Positions 39,427 to 53,945 of a stretch of 64,000 nucleotides of DNA are shown here, one piece after another. The position numbers and the translations under genes are program-made. Location of the stretch: the NCBI GenBank assembly GCA_951406725.2, contig OX597818.1, positions 57,722,001 to 57,786,000 on the forward strand, in the 5' to 3' direction. This stretch comes from Octopus vulgaris. Taxonomy: Eukaryota. Each line of letters opens with the position of its first letter. The stretch's first letter is position 1. The notes beneath the pieces are model-generated. The model saw nothing but the letters and a program-made list of their open reading frames with translations. It was not told the DNA's origin and searched no databases.

Positions 39427-41594
39427 ACCCTCATCTTTAACATCAAGTCTCCAAATATCAGGGGGAAAGCCCAGAAGGCGTTGCCAATCCGTTTATGTAG
39501 TGACTGTCAGATAATTAACAGCAATAGATGATACTTTCCTTCCACTGAAGCATCCATTTTAATTTTCATGATCACTACGGTAGAAAGAGATAATGTTCAT
39601 TAAGTTTTATCACATATGATTCACAGGAAATATTTCTCCCACATCATATATCACACATAATTTCATACTTTTTCTGCTCTTCAGAATAACTTTGAACTAA
39701 TAAAAGCAAAACTTTATATTATTCAGAATGTATATAACAACGGCCAGATAAAAGTCTGACAACAAGCATGGAAGTTAGGAGAAACTCACAAAAGTGCTGT
39801 GAGCAGGCAAAATGTCGAAAGATTCCAGTGGCTTTGATTTTAACTTGTCTGTTGTTATCCTTGGTATTTTGTTCTGTAGTTTTCTTGTAAATCTTTGAAT
39901 AGTTTTCAAAAGATAAAATAATGTCAGTTATAAGAATAAGTCAATAGTTTCCGTTTTCGTTTGTTCTATTTCTTAGGAAAAAGAAATCGGAGATTTGATA
40001 TGGTGATCTAACCTGTTCTGCTCTGTATTCTTGTCTATGAAACGGAGCTTTACATGTAGAGGATACATCTATGCGTGCATTCGCACATACGAAAAAATCT
40101 GCATATAAACTTCAGATTAAATCTAAACTCTATGTCGACTTAATTTGGCTAGTTCATTAACTTTAATTATGGATATTTTAAGATTTATAGTAAAGTGCCC
40201 TAAAAAATTAACTTGTTTATTAGCTCGTAAAAAGTAAATTTAAAACTGTAACAAATATCACCCAAGCATATGTTATCGAAAACATAATATAGATATTTTC
40301 TTTCAAGCCGTGAGCATAATAATCAGTTTTTCAGAAGCTCTCTTCAAGGAAAGAATATCTGCGATTGCCTCGTTGAACCAATTCTGGTTTCTCCTTATAG
40401 AATCACTATTTATAAGGACTTCCTTAAAGTAGCTGAAGCAATATGCTTAAAGGAAAACACCATGTTCAGTCTTTTATAGATATATTCATTTTTTGTGTTA
40501 TGTAGATTATAAATTTAGTTTAGAATTTTTAGTTTATATTTTTAACAAAAATTGACGAAAATAATTTGCCTTTAAACAATATCTTTTATATAGTATTCCT
40601 CACGGGATCACTCATATTAGTTTCCATTTTAATATTCGGGTCGCATTGGAAATTCTAAATACAATGGTGTGATATATATATGTTTTATGCTCTGTGTGTG
40701 TTAAAAGCAGAAATGTATTCTATAGTAAATTGTAATATCGTAACAAAACATATAACACAACTATACTTCTAACAATTAACCCAGTTCTCAAGGAAGCTTC
40801 CATATATGCAAATTGAATTGTCTGGTTTGCTAAAGCATTTATAATGCCAACTTTATAAGTAATATGTCGTTCCGTAATGTGATTTTCATGTTTACGCTCT
40901 GTCCAAGAAATTGTTGCAAAAGAAAAGGCTAAGTTGATTTCCTTTGTTTATACACACAATATTGGGAAAAAATTCATTGTATGACATGTATAATTCATAC
41001 ATGAATACATACGTACATATATACATACATACATATTTACATATGTGTGGTGTGTGCACGTACGTATGTGTATATGTATGTCTCATCTGCTTTTAATCAT
41101 TTAAATTCTCTCTCTGAGGACTGAGATGGTTTCTAACAAAGATACAAAACTTGTCGTTGAAATGTAGGCAAGGAAAACAATATCACATTTTAAACCTGTG
41201 AAAATCTCACATCGTTTTACTATTCCTCGTGGAGATTGTACGTGTAACGTGTGCATTAATTGTTACCAAAAACGTTGAAACTCTACTAATTTGATCGATC
41301 TCTCACTGAACCAGGATTTTAATTTCATATGATACACACATTGCTATCATACTAGCGTAGGAATGCCTATGTGGTAAGTAACTTGCTTACCAGACACACG
41401 GTAACATGCGAATTAATTGGGTTGAGTTCTTTTTCTAGTTGATTTTTTTTCTAAGCTTCCCAAACTGACAGGCATTTGCATCAAAACCAAGTACTTCAGG
41501 TATTACTGGTATGTATGTATGCATGGAAGCATACAAATCCAGGTGGTATGAGAGTTGAATGCATTCATCGAACCACTTGCCTTCCTAAGGTTTA

Positions 41595-41891
41595 CGGCCG
41601 TATCGCAGCCGCCATCACGTCATGATAATTTCAGTGTGTGTCTGCACTAATATGCATTCCACTTATTATATAGTACAATGGTATATTTACAAAAGAATGC
41701 AAACAAAGCAGATTTGAAGGAATGGTATTTTCATGATGGCCTAGTGATTTGATGAACAAGCTTTCTTTATCTGCACTGATTTCTAAATATGCACTTGTAT
41801 TGTTCAATGCGAACCACACACATTTATGGATGTAAAATAATTTATTATCTACTGAAATTATTATTATGAAATGACGGTAACGAAACGGCCG
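41595..41891. mobile_element. Old Tc1/mariner-type MITE with ~43-bp diverged TIRs and TA TSD
   Basis: TA|cggccgtatcg...gataatttcagt versus actgaaattatt...cgaaacggccg|TA. Confidence 0.7.
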
Positions 41892-42136
41892 TAATCATAA
41901 CTATGACAATTCGCTACAAACCTGCAGATGATTTTCGGTCTATACATGTCGCACGAAACAATTTTATTGATGGGATCTCCTAGAGTTCATCTACAGAGAA
42001 CTCAGCATTATACTCCTATGTACTCGATAACTATGCGTTGCGCTAGCCGGGTCTGTTGGAAGAGCTCTCCATAGCAGTCACTTGATTCTGTGAATCCATA
42101 TATTACATTAGAAATTGGTATGTATTTTTGCATGTA

Positions 42137-42179
<43 letters not shown>

Positions 42180-44996
42180 TTCATCTATATATGTCAATAT
42201 GTATATATGTATATTTATGCGTGTATATATTCTGTACCATCATAGCAAGGTAGTTAACACAAGAATAATCCATTTAAAAAACGACATAATTTGAAACGTA
42301 TTATTTTCTGACTTAAGATTACATCTAAGGCAATTATGGATACCCGAACCCATGTATCGCAAAAGAGCACTATACGTAATAAGAAATGCATTTTGAAATT
42401 TCTAGTTTGTGAATAATTTGGTCTTTATGACACAAGATCTGTTCATATACCGCATTGCAAAACCTTTTGGTGGTTGAATATGTCTGTTGCTTTCTCATAT
42501 ATTTCTCCCCTGAAGTTGAGGGTATGATGATAATAAACGATTACCACATGTCCATCACTATCTGGATTTCACCTTCTATGCACTTAGCTATTAGCATTTG
42601 CTTCGAATTCTCGGAGAAAAAGAAATGTAACTGCCCTACATAACATTTACTGCTGCGCTCCGATTTCATATATTCGGCAGTCATGTCGGACCGAATATAG
42701 ATTCATGTATTGCCTTTCTTGCTCAAGGTCTTTACTTGAATATTCTGATTTATATGTATTCTTATATAATACGTGTTGTATTATATATTTTCGCACATAT
42801 TTTCAACCTACAGATGAATCTTTGAATCACAACATTCCAAAAATAGATGGAATGAAGTCAGTTACTTACAAACACCTGTCTTTGGTTCCTATTTCCTATG
42901 TCCTGCTCTGTCTGTCGTATTTACGATTCCAGAACACCTCCAAACGGCCCTACACACTCCATACGCGTTTGCCTGTTTTCTCCTCATCATCCATATAGAC
43001 TCTTTTACAGAGTGTCCTTCTTCTGTTAACTAGCAATGTTGAAATACTAAAGTTACTACATCGATTCGACTGGTCTATAAGATCACGTCCATCGCATGGG
43101 TAGATCTTGTTTCTTATATCCAAAATAATAAAAAGTAACATTGATATAAAACTTTGGTTTCCTGCGATCGGTGTATGATTCTAAGCATGTTGTTTATTCA
43201 GAAAAATATCACAATTACCTCTGCTACACGGCATTTAAAAAGTATTTATTAATTCAGTATTTATGGGAAGCACACTACGGACGACCTCATTGAAATCTGG
43301 ATATTTACATAACAAACTGTTAAGATTGCTTTTTATTTTCCAAACATGTTACTTTATGAACTTTGCATAAATTGCCCCATTTTAAAAAACTAATCAGAAA
43401 TTTAAAAATATAACGTAATTACTAATGCTTTCAATCGAATAGGAATTTATGTGTTTGAAAGAATATCGCATTAAACACTTCACATTGAAACATTGATAAT
43501 ATATTAGAGTCAGTAATTGAACAGAATATTTACACCAAAACGTATTCATTGGTTATAATATAAATGCTTTTATAAGTAGAAAAGTGTTTTTTTTAATACT
43601 GAAATGCTAATATATCTTTCACTTGAGACGACTAAAGCAATTTAATTAAAACACATTTTGCATTACGTTTTGATCATGATTCAAAGGGTATTAAGTGTTA
43701 TAAATTTAGGTTTAGAAAACCTTACCATTTTATATTGCTACTCGAACGTGAAGCAAGCATTACTTCAAAAGTCATCTGTTCCTCCTATCATTACTAGTTG
43801 TAAGAAAAAATGTGTTACGAATCGAAAAACGACGACTCCATTCTACAGCACACTGGTTCCAATCAATTTCATTCGGTTTCTGTCTGTTGAGGAAAATGAA
43901 AATCAATGAAATAAGCATGTTGCCTTCAAGTAGTAAATCAATGAAATTTCATATTAATCTAAAACAGAAAATTTCTACTTAAAAGCATGAACAAAATCCA
44001 CATGAATTTAATTTCATACATAGACATGCCCACGCATAAAAATTATAATATGGCCCTCAGTTAATTGGCTCCAGTTGTGATTTTACCAGCACTATAATTA
44101 TCGAAAGTATCTGTTGAGCTTTCAAAGGTTAGGGGTGGCAAAAACCTCCTCGCAGACTAGGTTATTTTGCATCATTTATTTGAATAACGACGTACGCATT
44201 GTCTTTTTTTCCTGCGTCAGAATCAAAAAGTTTGAATCAGGCAGCCGACAGATTGACTATGAAATTACAATTTCCAATCCTAGCTTCATCAAAGCTGCTA
44301 ATATGGATAAGGAGCGATTTCTATGACAGACACGTTGGAATCGTAATTATTTTTTTCGAGACTCATTCATTTAAAGATCTCCATTTCATAAACTATTTTA
44401 TATGGCTTCATTTATATTGTTTTTTTTTAAATCCCTGAATCATATTCTTCTATGTATTCCATCGCAGATATGAATATAGTACGTTAACGTTTCACGTTTC
44501 AGTTTCATTGTGTTTGACCATGATTTAGTGCCATTTTATAAAAGTCATTGCAACAGTAGTAATTATCACGTGATTTATAATTGGTATGTATCCAAATCAC
44601 TTATTGTTACCTCAGTGACGTTTTCTGCTGATAAAAATTTCCAAAGGAATTTATTTTTTAGAATTAAATTCAGTTTTAGGTCCAATCGTTAATTCGACAG
44701 AAAAGAAGAAATCTGCTATTTCTGTGAAGGGCTGATATTTCGCTAAGAATATCTGATGATGATAGATATGTCCCGAATTTTAGAATTGAACCTATGGAAA
44801 CCATTAATTTTGGTTCTGTTTAAAATTTCCCATCACAATTCGAATGAAACCCGCATTCAAATGACGTATTGGTATGTTTTTTTTCCTAAATTTACAAACA
44901 CGAAATGTATTCTAACACGAAAAATAGTATTTTGTCCGGAAATACAATGGATCTTAAAATTGAATGGTTTATAGATTTAAGAACGCACGCAAGACA

Positions 44997-44997
<1 letters not shown>

Positions 44998-45066
<69 letters not shown>
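44998..45066. repeat. (CA)n microsatellite
   Basis: Directly visible. Confidence 0.95.
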
Positions 45067-45067
<1 letters not shown>

Positions 45068-46071
45068 TTGCTGGAAACTTTCGCCCAATTATGTGAGCAA
45101 AGCAGCACGAAAGATATTTTTATTATATTCTATAATATTGTATTATGCTTTACGCTAGTCTGTGCTCGTGTTACTAAGTTTAAGAGTATGTAAATGTGTG
45201 TGAATTGACGCAGGCTGGTTTTTAAGGTGTTAAACTTACCCATCATGTTGGCGTGTGATTCCTTGAGCAATGCGCCAAGCCAGAACATTTAACTGAGGCT
45301 ATGCAAACGCTAATTGCTTGCGTAGCCGACGTATACCTTCAATCTATTACCAACTTTATTTGTCGAGGCAGGGTCTGTGTCAGCTAGTAACGACAGAGGC
45401 ATTAAAATCAATTAATGAATGCATATTACTTAGCATGGCATGCGATACTCATTTGCAAATGATAGTTGTGAAATGTACATATATGTGTGTGTACGTGTTT
45501 GTATATGTGTACATGTATGTATGTTTGCATTCGTATACAGTTACATACATACAAACACACTCACATACACACACACTGACACACACAGACACACACAGAC
45601 ACACATGTACACACACACACACAAACACACACATATATCCCCACAGTTCTCTAAGTACACTATGGAATACATCTGTGGAGTTCTGAATTGGAAGAATTAT
45701 TTGGGAGGGGGCCATTTGTTTTTAAGCCCTATTCATACAAACTCAACTTCAATGTAAAAAGTAGTTTGGGGGTTTCATTATTTGACAAAATTAGTGTAAA
45801 TGAATATGCACTTCATCTTGGATCATAAACATAACAATCACAGGAAAAAAATCTATTCTCACTCACTTATCTACCACAAGCTGTGCTTGTCTCTAACAAA
45901 AATTGTGTTAATTCAGTCACATTATATTTATATCAGATAAAGATGCTTGCATGTCAAGAGTTATCTGAAGCGTTTGCAAGTACCCGTAAAAAAGTAACCC
46001 CCACCCCGTATAAAACACAGCTCATCCATTTGCCCACTGGGATTTCTCATTGCATCATTTATTTTAAATAG

Positions 46072-46264
46072 GCATTTCCTCTGCCGCTACGTTCTGAGTT
46101 CAAATTCCGCCGAGGTTGACTTTGCCTTTCATCCTTTCGGGGTCGATAAATTAAGTACCAGTTACGCACTGGGATCGATGTAATCGACTCAATCCGTTTG
46201 TCTGTCCTTGTTTGTCCTCTCTGTGTTTAGCCCCTTGTGGGTAGTAAAGAAATAGGTATTTCGT
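46072..46264 (+). mobile_element. SINE family B (head-truncated)
   Basis: Homologue. Confidence 0.88.
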
Positions 46265-47707
46265 CTCGAGATTCACAAACATCTTGATTTCGTCTCTAAC
46301 CTTATACTTTCCTCTGAGTAACTGGATTCAAAATTATAATTTATTACAATTTTAACATCATATTTTGACATTAAGCACTGTTGTAAATATTTTAATCCAG
46401 ATAGTATTCCGAACAATTTGATCTCTGGATATCTTCAGGTGTCCTACGTATACTCCGATCCAAAAGGATACGGAAAAGAGATTTGATTCCCATGGAAACT
46501 TATGCCACGAGTGTTATGGATACTTTACAGCAGACTTACCGGCATCATTTTGATAATCATTTCTTCCTATCTGTCGGTCTGAGAGTGACTCATTGTGGGC
46601 AGGTTTTGTTGCAACTTGATTCAAGAAGAATTATCCATTCTGAAACAAATTTCTCTCTCCATTTCTCAAATTTTGTATTAGATGTTAATGTCTAACTTTG
46701 CACAAACTATTCCTGTCATATTTGTATAAGGAAAACAGGAACGTAAAATAAATGTTTATAATGTCGGAAAACAAGCCTAGTACAAGATACAGATATAAAC
46801 TCTACAAAGATTGGTTGCCTTTTCTTCTTTACTTCGAAGTATTGATTTTAACGCGGTGCCAAGCCGTTGTAGCAATGGTGGAGCCCCACCCGGTTTATTC
46901 CCTCGGGTACATTAACAAGATTTTAGATCGGCCTTCTATAACCAGTTGCGAAATCGATCAAGTATTTTCTCTCTCTGTCGTTTTCACTTCGTTTCTGTCT
47001 TCTTGTTATTAAATGCAGTTCAAATTTAGGATGAATGAATAATTTTGAGATAGAAGCATAGCAAATTTATTTTAACACAGAAGCTAAATCAATATAATGT
47101 TTAAATGAACTCAACTCTAAATTGATAATATTAAAGTGTATGAACAATTCTTGCATTAAATATGTACTATTGTCACAAAAGAAAATCAATAATCTTGTAA
47201 TTAATAGCACATGATTTGTAATTTAATATTCTACTAATTAATTTGCATTAACCTTAAATTGTTTAGGTTTAAAATTGATAATTTTTCACGCAACTATTTC
47301 AACGTAACGCTTTAGACTTTTTTGGTTTTTATGTTTTATTGATATCAAGTTTTCAACTGTTTTCTATTTATGATCTGACAAGAGTTAAATCAGTGATTGC
47401 AGGTTCGTGCATTCTGCTAATATTATTAATGTTTCCCAATGATGCTTGTATAAAATGCTATAATACATCACCTGCACTAAAACCGCCTTGTTCCCTGACG
47501 AACGCTAACAGAAACGAATGAAAATTGGAACCTTTCGATCATAAAACTCTTTCATTCCTAAATTTTATCCTTCATTCTGATTTGATTCTCTAACTTCACC
47601 TAACTTGATATTTCGTCACATATCTTAACTAGCCGATGAATATTTTCAAAGCAAGATATTCAAATACGTTTCATGGTTACTTGACACGTCATGCATAGAT
47701 TGACAGT

Positions 47708-48059
47708 GGAGGCGCAATGGCCCAGTGGTTAGGGCAGCGGACTCGCGGTTTCCATTTACAGACGGCGTTGTGAGTGTTTATTGAACGGAAACACCTAAAG
47801 CTACACGATCCCCGTCAGCGGGTGGTGCTGTACTCTTTCATCACAACTTTCTCTCGTGCTTTCTTCCTGTTTCTGTTGTAACTCTATTTCAAAGGGGCCA
47901 GCCTTGTCACTCTCTGTGTCACGCTGAATCTCCCCGAGAACTACGTTACAAGTACACGCGTCTGTGGAGTGCTCAGCCACTTGCACATTAATTTCACGAG
48001 CACTCTTTTCCGTTGATCGGATCAACTCGAACCCTCGTCGTCGTAACCGACGGAGTGCC
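47708..48059 (+). mobile_element. SINE family C
   Basis: Homologue of 17421-17792. Confidence 0.88.
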
Positions 48060-49008
48060 CCATAGGATTTCACACGTAATGTTTAATAAAAATTTCTTCC
48101 ACTAAATGAGGTACTTTACAGTTTTCCCTGTAATACACAGTGGATATCGACAACAAACCACTAATATACTAATATACAAGGTGGCGAGCTGGCAGAAACG
48201 TTAGCACGCCGGGCGAAATGTGCAGCCGTATTTCGTCTGGCATTAGCTACAGATAAGAATTCTCAGACGATAACTAATACTTTTTTCCATTTCGATATTC
48301 TTTTTAAATGTCTATATATCGGATGTGTAATAAGGATATTTAGATTATACCGAATAACCTTACTGCAAAGATATGTGATATTTTGAGACTTAGATAAAGC
48401 TAATGTACAGTAGTATTATAGATGTAATATAGAAGAAAGCTGGAAGTTATGCAGAATGATATAAAAATGTATATATGTAAGTATGCACGTTAACAAAAAA
48501 AAACAAAACGATAGCTTTTCTGAGTATGTACACTGATGTTCCGCAAAGACGAGCAGATATTAGCGTGTTGATATTCTTTTAAAGCTTTGCATGTATATTG
48601 AAGCTTGTTCGGACTACATCAAAAATATCTAATTGTTACTAAGAGGCTGGGAATTCTACTGAGGAAAGAGTCTTATATTCCCCTATCGCGGGAATATAAA
48701 TTGAAAGAGTAATTATTTTTTTGCCACACTGATAATTATTCCCGACTTTTACTTCGTCAGATTTTCCAAGCTATTAGAAAATAAAATTTAAACCGTCGTT
48801 TCTATTTCCCTAATGAATAAATCTATTATTTTCTTTATACGTTATAGGTCATAATGTAATTACGGCCCACTGGGAGATAGATGTTTCTGCCAAAGGTTAA
48901 AATAAGGAGAAATCCACTTTCGAAATTCATAAATATGAGATTAACTTTCAAACAAAGAAATGGGAAGAAATATGAGTAATATATGAAAATCTTGGTATCT
49001 TAGAATGC

Positions 49009-49050
<42 letters not shown>

Positions 49051-49053
<3 letters not shown>

Positions 49054-49226
49054 AGAGTTGTTTACGAAAAAAACAAAAGACGAAGACAGGTGGTGAACAA
49101 AACAAATAGATGTATTAGCATAACGCTCAGGAATAGAAAAAGTCTTTTACGTTTCGAGCCTACGCTCTTCTGCAGAAAGGGATACGGGAAAAAATGCGCG
49201 TAGTGGCTAACGATCTATCATGGCGA

Positions 49227-49228
<2 letters not shown>
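49051..49228 (-). mobile_element. Short PLE-end-like element in (TA)n carrying a variant HHR (49144-49179)
   Basis: Minus strand cttt-CTGCAGA-A-gagc-gtag-gctc-GAAAC-GTA-aaag; relatives at 59757-59880 and 63045-63135; (TA)n on both sides. Confidence 0.7.
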
Positions 49229-49266
<38 letters not shown>

Positions 49267-49275
49267 GAGATAGAG

Positions 49276-49334
<59 letters not shown>

Positions 49335-50241
49335 AGAGAAACTCAAGAGATATGTGGTAATATTTGACCAATTGATATCCATAAGATTGCGATCGTTTCG
49401 TAGCCAACATGTTTTAGCGTATGATATATTATTTTACATGTTGGTATCAAATTATATAGCGGGATATGTTATCCTTTGAAATGAGTACACTTTGTGGATG
49501 TTTTGTTGTTTTTACCATTAATTCCTAAACAGTATCTATATTAACTTATCTCATTATTATTTATTTTAGATGATATTTACTAAATTTTGCTTGTCTTATA
49601 TACCTCAATGTCCCGCCATTTGCCATACTAACATCTATTGCTCTTCTCTGTCTTATTTCCTTTCATCTTAATTTTTTCTTACAATTTATTTCTCTGTTGA
49701 TATTATTCCTTATATTACTATTTCTTTTGACTATGTATTTTTAATACTTCTAGATTGTTAACAGTAAACTACCTGACTCTCTCTTTATCTATCTCTCACT
49801 ACAGTATCATATACAAGCTTCATTTCCACCACCACAACCTGCTGTTTCCTTTTTAATATCTTAATACAACTCCCTATAAAAAATGTTCCATTAATTATTG
49901 CCTTTGATACTTTAATCTTTGAAGAAGACTTTTATTTTTGTATGTGTATATTGAGTTGAAGAATGGATGTAACAAAGATAGTTTATGACTTGAAGCGCTA
50001 GACTTCTTTGCTTATTTCGTCCAGTAAACTGTACAATCGTTCTATGTAATATAAAACATATACAGTCAGAGAAACTCTCTTTTACTTGTTTCAGTCATTT
50101 GACTGCGGCCGTGAGGGAGCACCACCTTTAGTCGAGCAAATCTACCCCAGGACTTATTCTTTGTAAGCCTATTGTTCAGGTCACTGCATGGAATCGAACT
50201 CGGAATCTTGGGGTCAATATCCCGCGCTCTTAACCACAGTG

Positions 50242-50309
<68 letters not shown>

Positions 50310-50885
50310 TAAGTCGTCTGGAGGCCAATGGCAATTTTATTGAATAAATTTACTCAAGATATTTCAAGATATTGATATTTGATTTTGGTAAATATGCAGT
50401 ACCAGGCAGTGGCTCTCATGGCTTCTGATCATAACTGATTAGAAGTGTTATCATGTACATTGTTTTGTCTTGATATAACAGATGGGCTACAGCAAATATC
50501 CTGCTCAATTCCACAGATTTGCTTGTCAGTTGTTTGACCTTAACCAGTTGAGCATGTCCCTTAGTGGCTGATGATATGTGCATCTGTGATCACGAGCAGA
50601 AGTAGTGGGGGAGCATCATAGCAATGTGTTGAAAGGAATTCTTAGAGGTTTGGATAATCCACTTTTGGTAACATGCGTGGTTCGTTCAACATCCTTAAAC
50701 AACCCTTATTCAGGGACCTTTTGAGCGGGATGGGCAACTCGACCTGAAGAAAATTCTAACTGGACCCCACCTATTTTACCCTTGTGTCAATTTGATGGCA
50801 CGCACTGCTCTCTCACTCAATAATGATAATAACAACATCGAAAATATACCTTAGGAATGAAAACCCAGGTTCGAAATTTCACCAA

Positions 50886-50931
50886 GATACCTGATGAAGG
50901 CTGGCGGGTATATCAGCTGAAATGTTGTGTT
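50886..50931 (+). ncRNA. Minimal type I hammerhead motif, slightly decayed
   Basis: gatac-CTGATGA-A-ggctg-gcgggtatat-cagct-GAAA-t-GTT-gtgtt; the deviations look like CpG decay; lies in a repeat bounded by (AAT)n-like tracts. Confidence 0.7.
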
Positions 50932-51342
50932 AACAACAAACAAGATGAGGACAAACATCTGTCAAATGTAAATAATGTAAATAATGTCGAAAAAGATTGT
51001 TTATAATTGTAGAGAAATTTATCATAGGAAAACTAAAGTATAGAGTTTTATAATTTTGATGTAGTGCAGCGGAGACAATAATTAATGAAAAAAGTGGGGT
51101 CATGCATATATTTTTAAAAAAAAAAAAATTAAAAAGTTTGACATCAGATATACATAAATATTTTGGGGTCATAACCCCGAAATATTGAATGCAAGGTAAG
51201 TCTACATTAATCCAGATATTTGTTTTCTTGTGATTTACCTTGCATTTACATCGCATTGTTTGGCCTTATCCACGATCTTTTATACAATATATTCTACACA
51301 ATGCTTCATAGCAATCATTCCATATATATATATATATATTCA

Positions 51343-51548
51343 ATAATAATAAAGGGTAAAATTAATTAATTTTACCAAGTAGTTCGGTATGTTAAAAGAA
51401 CCATTATCGGTAAACTTAAACAAAACTTTTTTTATAATTATTAGTATAATTATAATTAGGGTTTAGTAAAAATTTGTTTCACCACATACCGGAATTTAGA
51501 AATAGCAGTTAAAACTAAGTATTTCTCTACCATAAGAAAATCTCCCAG

Positions 51549-51556
<8 letters not shown>
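51343..51556. mobile_element. Rearranged relative of the PLE module at 11348-11560
   Basis: 51351-51408 resembles 11350-11416 (same strand); 51451-51556 resembles 13181-13303 (the opposite orientation of that module); flanked by (TA)n. Confidence 0.65.
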
Positions 51557-51595
<39 letters not shown>

Positions 51596-51665
51596 GGAGT
51601 AAACACATAAATGTGAAACAAGGTGGAAAAAAAGAGTACCCAAATACCAGTGGTAGAGTAATATG

Positions 51666-51830
51666 CTTTATTTAAAGCAGCAGAAAATTCAACAAAACCT
51701 GTTACTCTGAGTTTCCCGTTGCCGTTCGTCGGACAGTTTTTGCTAGAATTCTAGCAAAAACTGTCCGACGAACGGCAACGGGAAACTCAGAGTAACAGGT
51801 TTTGTTGAATTTTCTGCTTCTTTAAATAAA

Positions 51831-51831
<1 letters not shown>
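51666..51831. repeat. 166-bp spacerless palindrome containing two back-to-back hammerhead motifs
   Basis: Centre GAATTC (51746-51751), 83-bp arms with one mismatch. Plus-strand HHR 51761-51798: ctgt-CCGACGA-a-cg-gcaa-cg-g-GAAAC-tcaga-GTA-acag; mirror copy 51699-51736 on the minus strand. Confidence 0.9.
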
Positions 51832-51880
<49 letters not shown>

Positions 51881-52111
51881 GTGTTTATCCGTGCATATAT
51901 ATATATATATAGACACTAGAATATTGAAATTTCAATATAAATCAAATACATTTAGAATACGCAGTAAATAAACATCGAGTAACATAATTCTAGCGTTGTT
52001 TCATCTTTCCAAATAATATAAAAGAAACAAAAACAAAAGAACCTGTGAAGAAAATTACTTTTACTTTCCGATTCGAAAATCTCTATTGCAGTACATTATT
52101 GTTTTTTATCA

Positions 52112-52460
52112 GGAGGCGCAATGGCCCAGTGGTTAGGGCACGGACTCACGGTCATAGGATCGCGGTTTCGATTTCCAGAGCGGGCGTTGTGAGTGTTTAT
52201 TGAGCGAAAACACCTAAAGCTCCACGAGGCTCCGGCAGGGGATGGTGGTGATCCCTGCTGTACTCTTTCACCACAACTTTCTCTCACTCTTACTTCCTGT
52301 TTCTGTTGTACCTGTATTTCAAGGGGCCGGCCTTGTCACTCTCTGTGTCACGCTGAATATCCCCGAGAACTACGTTAAGGGTGCACGTGTCTGTGGAGTG
52401 CTCAGCCACTTACACGTTAATTTCACGAGCAGGCTGTTCCGTTGATTCGGAGTGCTTCCA
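52112..52460 (+). mobile_element. SINE family C
   Basis: Close homologue of 17421-17792. Confidence 0.9.
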
Positions 52461-52949
52461 ATCCAATTGTTTTTTATTAAATTAATCCTTTTTATTTGCT
52501 TCATAGTGTTTATTATGACACACACATACATTTACACACACACACACACACACACTCACACACACATGTATATATACTGCATGTATGCGAGTGCATGTGG
52601 TATGTATGTGTATTTATCCCGGAAGTTGTGAAAAACATATTTGATTTCCGAAATCTCTGTCTCAAGGAGAATGTGATCAGTGAATAAAAATAACAAAATT
52701 ACAATTTGCTACGAGAAATAACTGAAGTTTTAGATCGAAAACACTCTCACTCTCCATCTATCACCATCAATATCTCTGTATTAGTTTCCACATTCCTAAT
52801 GACTCTCCCTCCCCCACTCTCCCCCCTCTTTCTCTCTTTATATGCTTTATCTTCCACGTATTGTTTTCATTTTGTGTAAAACATCTAACGTTAACTTTCA
52901 ATATATGACAGCTCTTACGCACAATCCCTTCCTTTCTTATTCTCTTTCT

Positions 52950-53177
52950 CTTCTCTCTTTTACTTGCTTCAGTCATTAGACTGCGACCATGCTGCAGCAC
53001 CGCATTTAGTCAAGCAAATCGACCCCTAGTATTTATTCTTTGGAAGCCCAGTACTTATTCTATCGTTTTCTTTTGCCGAACCGCTAAGTTACTGGGACGT
53101 AAACACACCACCATTGGTCGTCAACCAATGTTGGGGGAACAAACACAGACACACAAACATATAAATACATACTCACA

Positions 53178-53241
<64 letters not shown>

Positions 53242-53402
53242 CATATATACGACGGGCACTTTCAGTCTCCGTTTACCAAATCCACTCACAAGGCTTTGGT
53301 CGGCCTGAGGTTATAGTAGAAGACACTTACCAAAGGTGCCACGTAGTGGGAATGAACCCTGAACCATGTGGTTGGGAAGCTACTTACCACACAGCCACTC
53401 CT
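52950..53402 (-). mobile_element. SINE family A
   Basis: Homologue. Confidence 0.88.
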
Positions 53403-53945
53403 GGGTAAAAGTAAAATGTTAATGCATATCATCGACCCTCATTGTTTAGGGTAGGTTAAACGATCGAACTTTAGAGAATGACAAACTCTGATCACCTTAG
53501 CTGTATTTGAAATTAAAATGTGAATCTCTACTACATGCTGCTAGACTCTAACCATGACACTTATCAATCGTTATTAAAAGCTGTTTCTGATTGAAGCTAA
53601 AATTTTTTGAGGCGGCGTTAGTCAAAGTCCTCAACTGCATTACGTCACTAGTACTTTATTCTATCATTAAATGAAAAGTTAATATCAGCAGAGATTAAGC
53701 TCTGAAAGGCACAACTTTTATTAATATTGCAAAACCGTTGTATTATCTCCAACTATTAGAGGATCTCATTGCTAGTATTGTCTCTCATTTCGACACAAAA
53801 ATAGCAGTTTTCATAGGAAGAAAATAGGTGATATTCTTACAGCTATTTCTAGTCTGCTACCTTGCTTTATCGAAACAGGATCGTTGAATGAAAGAATTTT
53901 TCCCGATGAAATTTCAACAACCAGTATAAAGGTGTGCAACAAATA

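Noticed and set aside
46540-46639. Splice-bounded 100-nt segment on the minus strand
   Set aside because: Stops in all three frames and a short pyrimidine tract; at best a UTR exon, so not listed as a feature.
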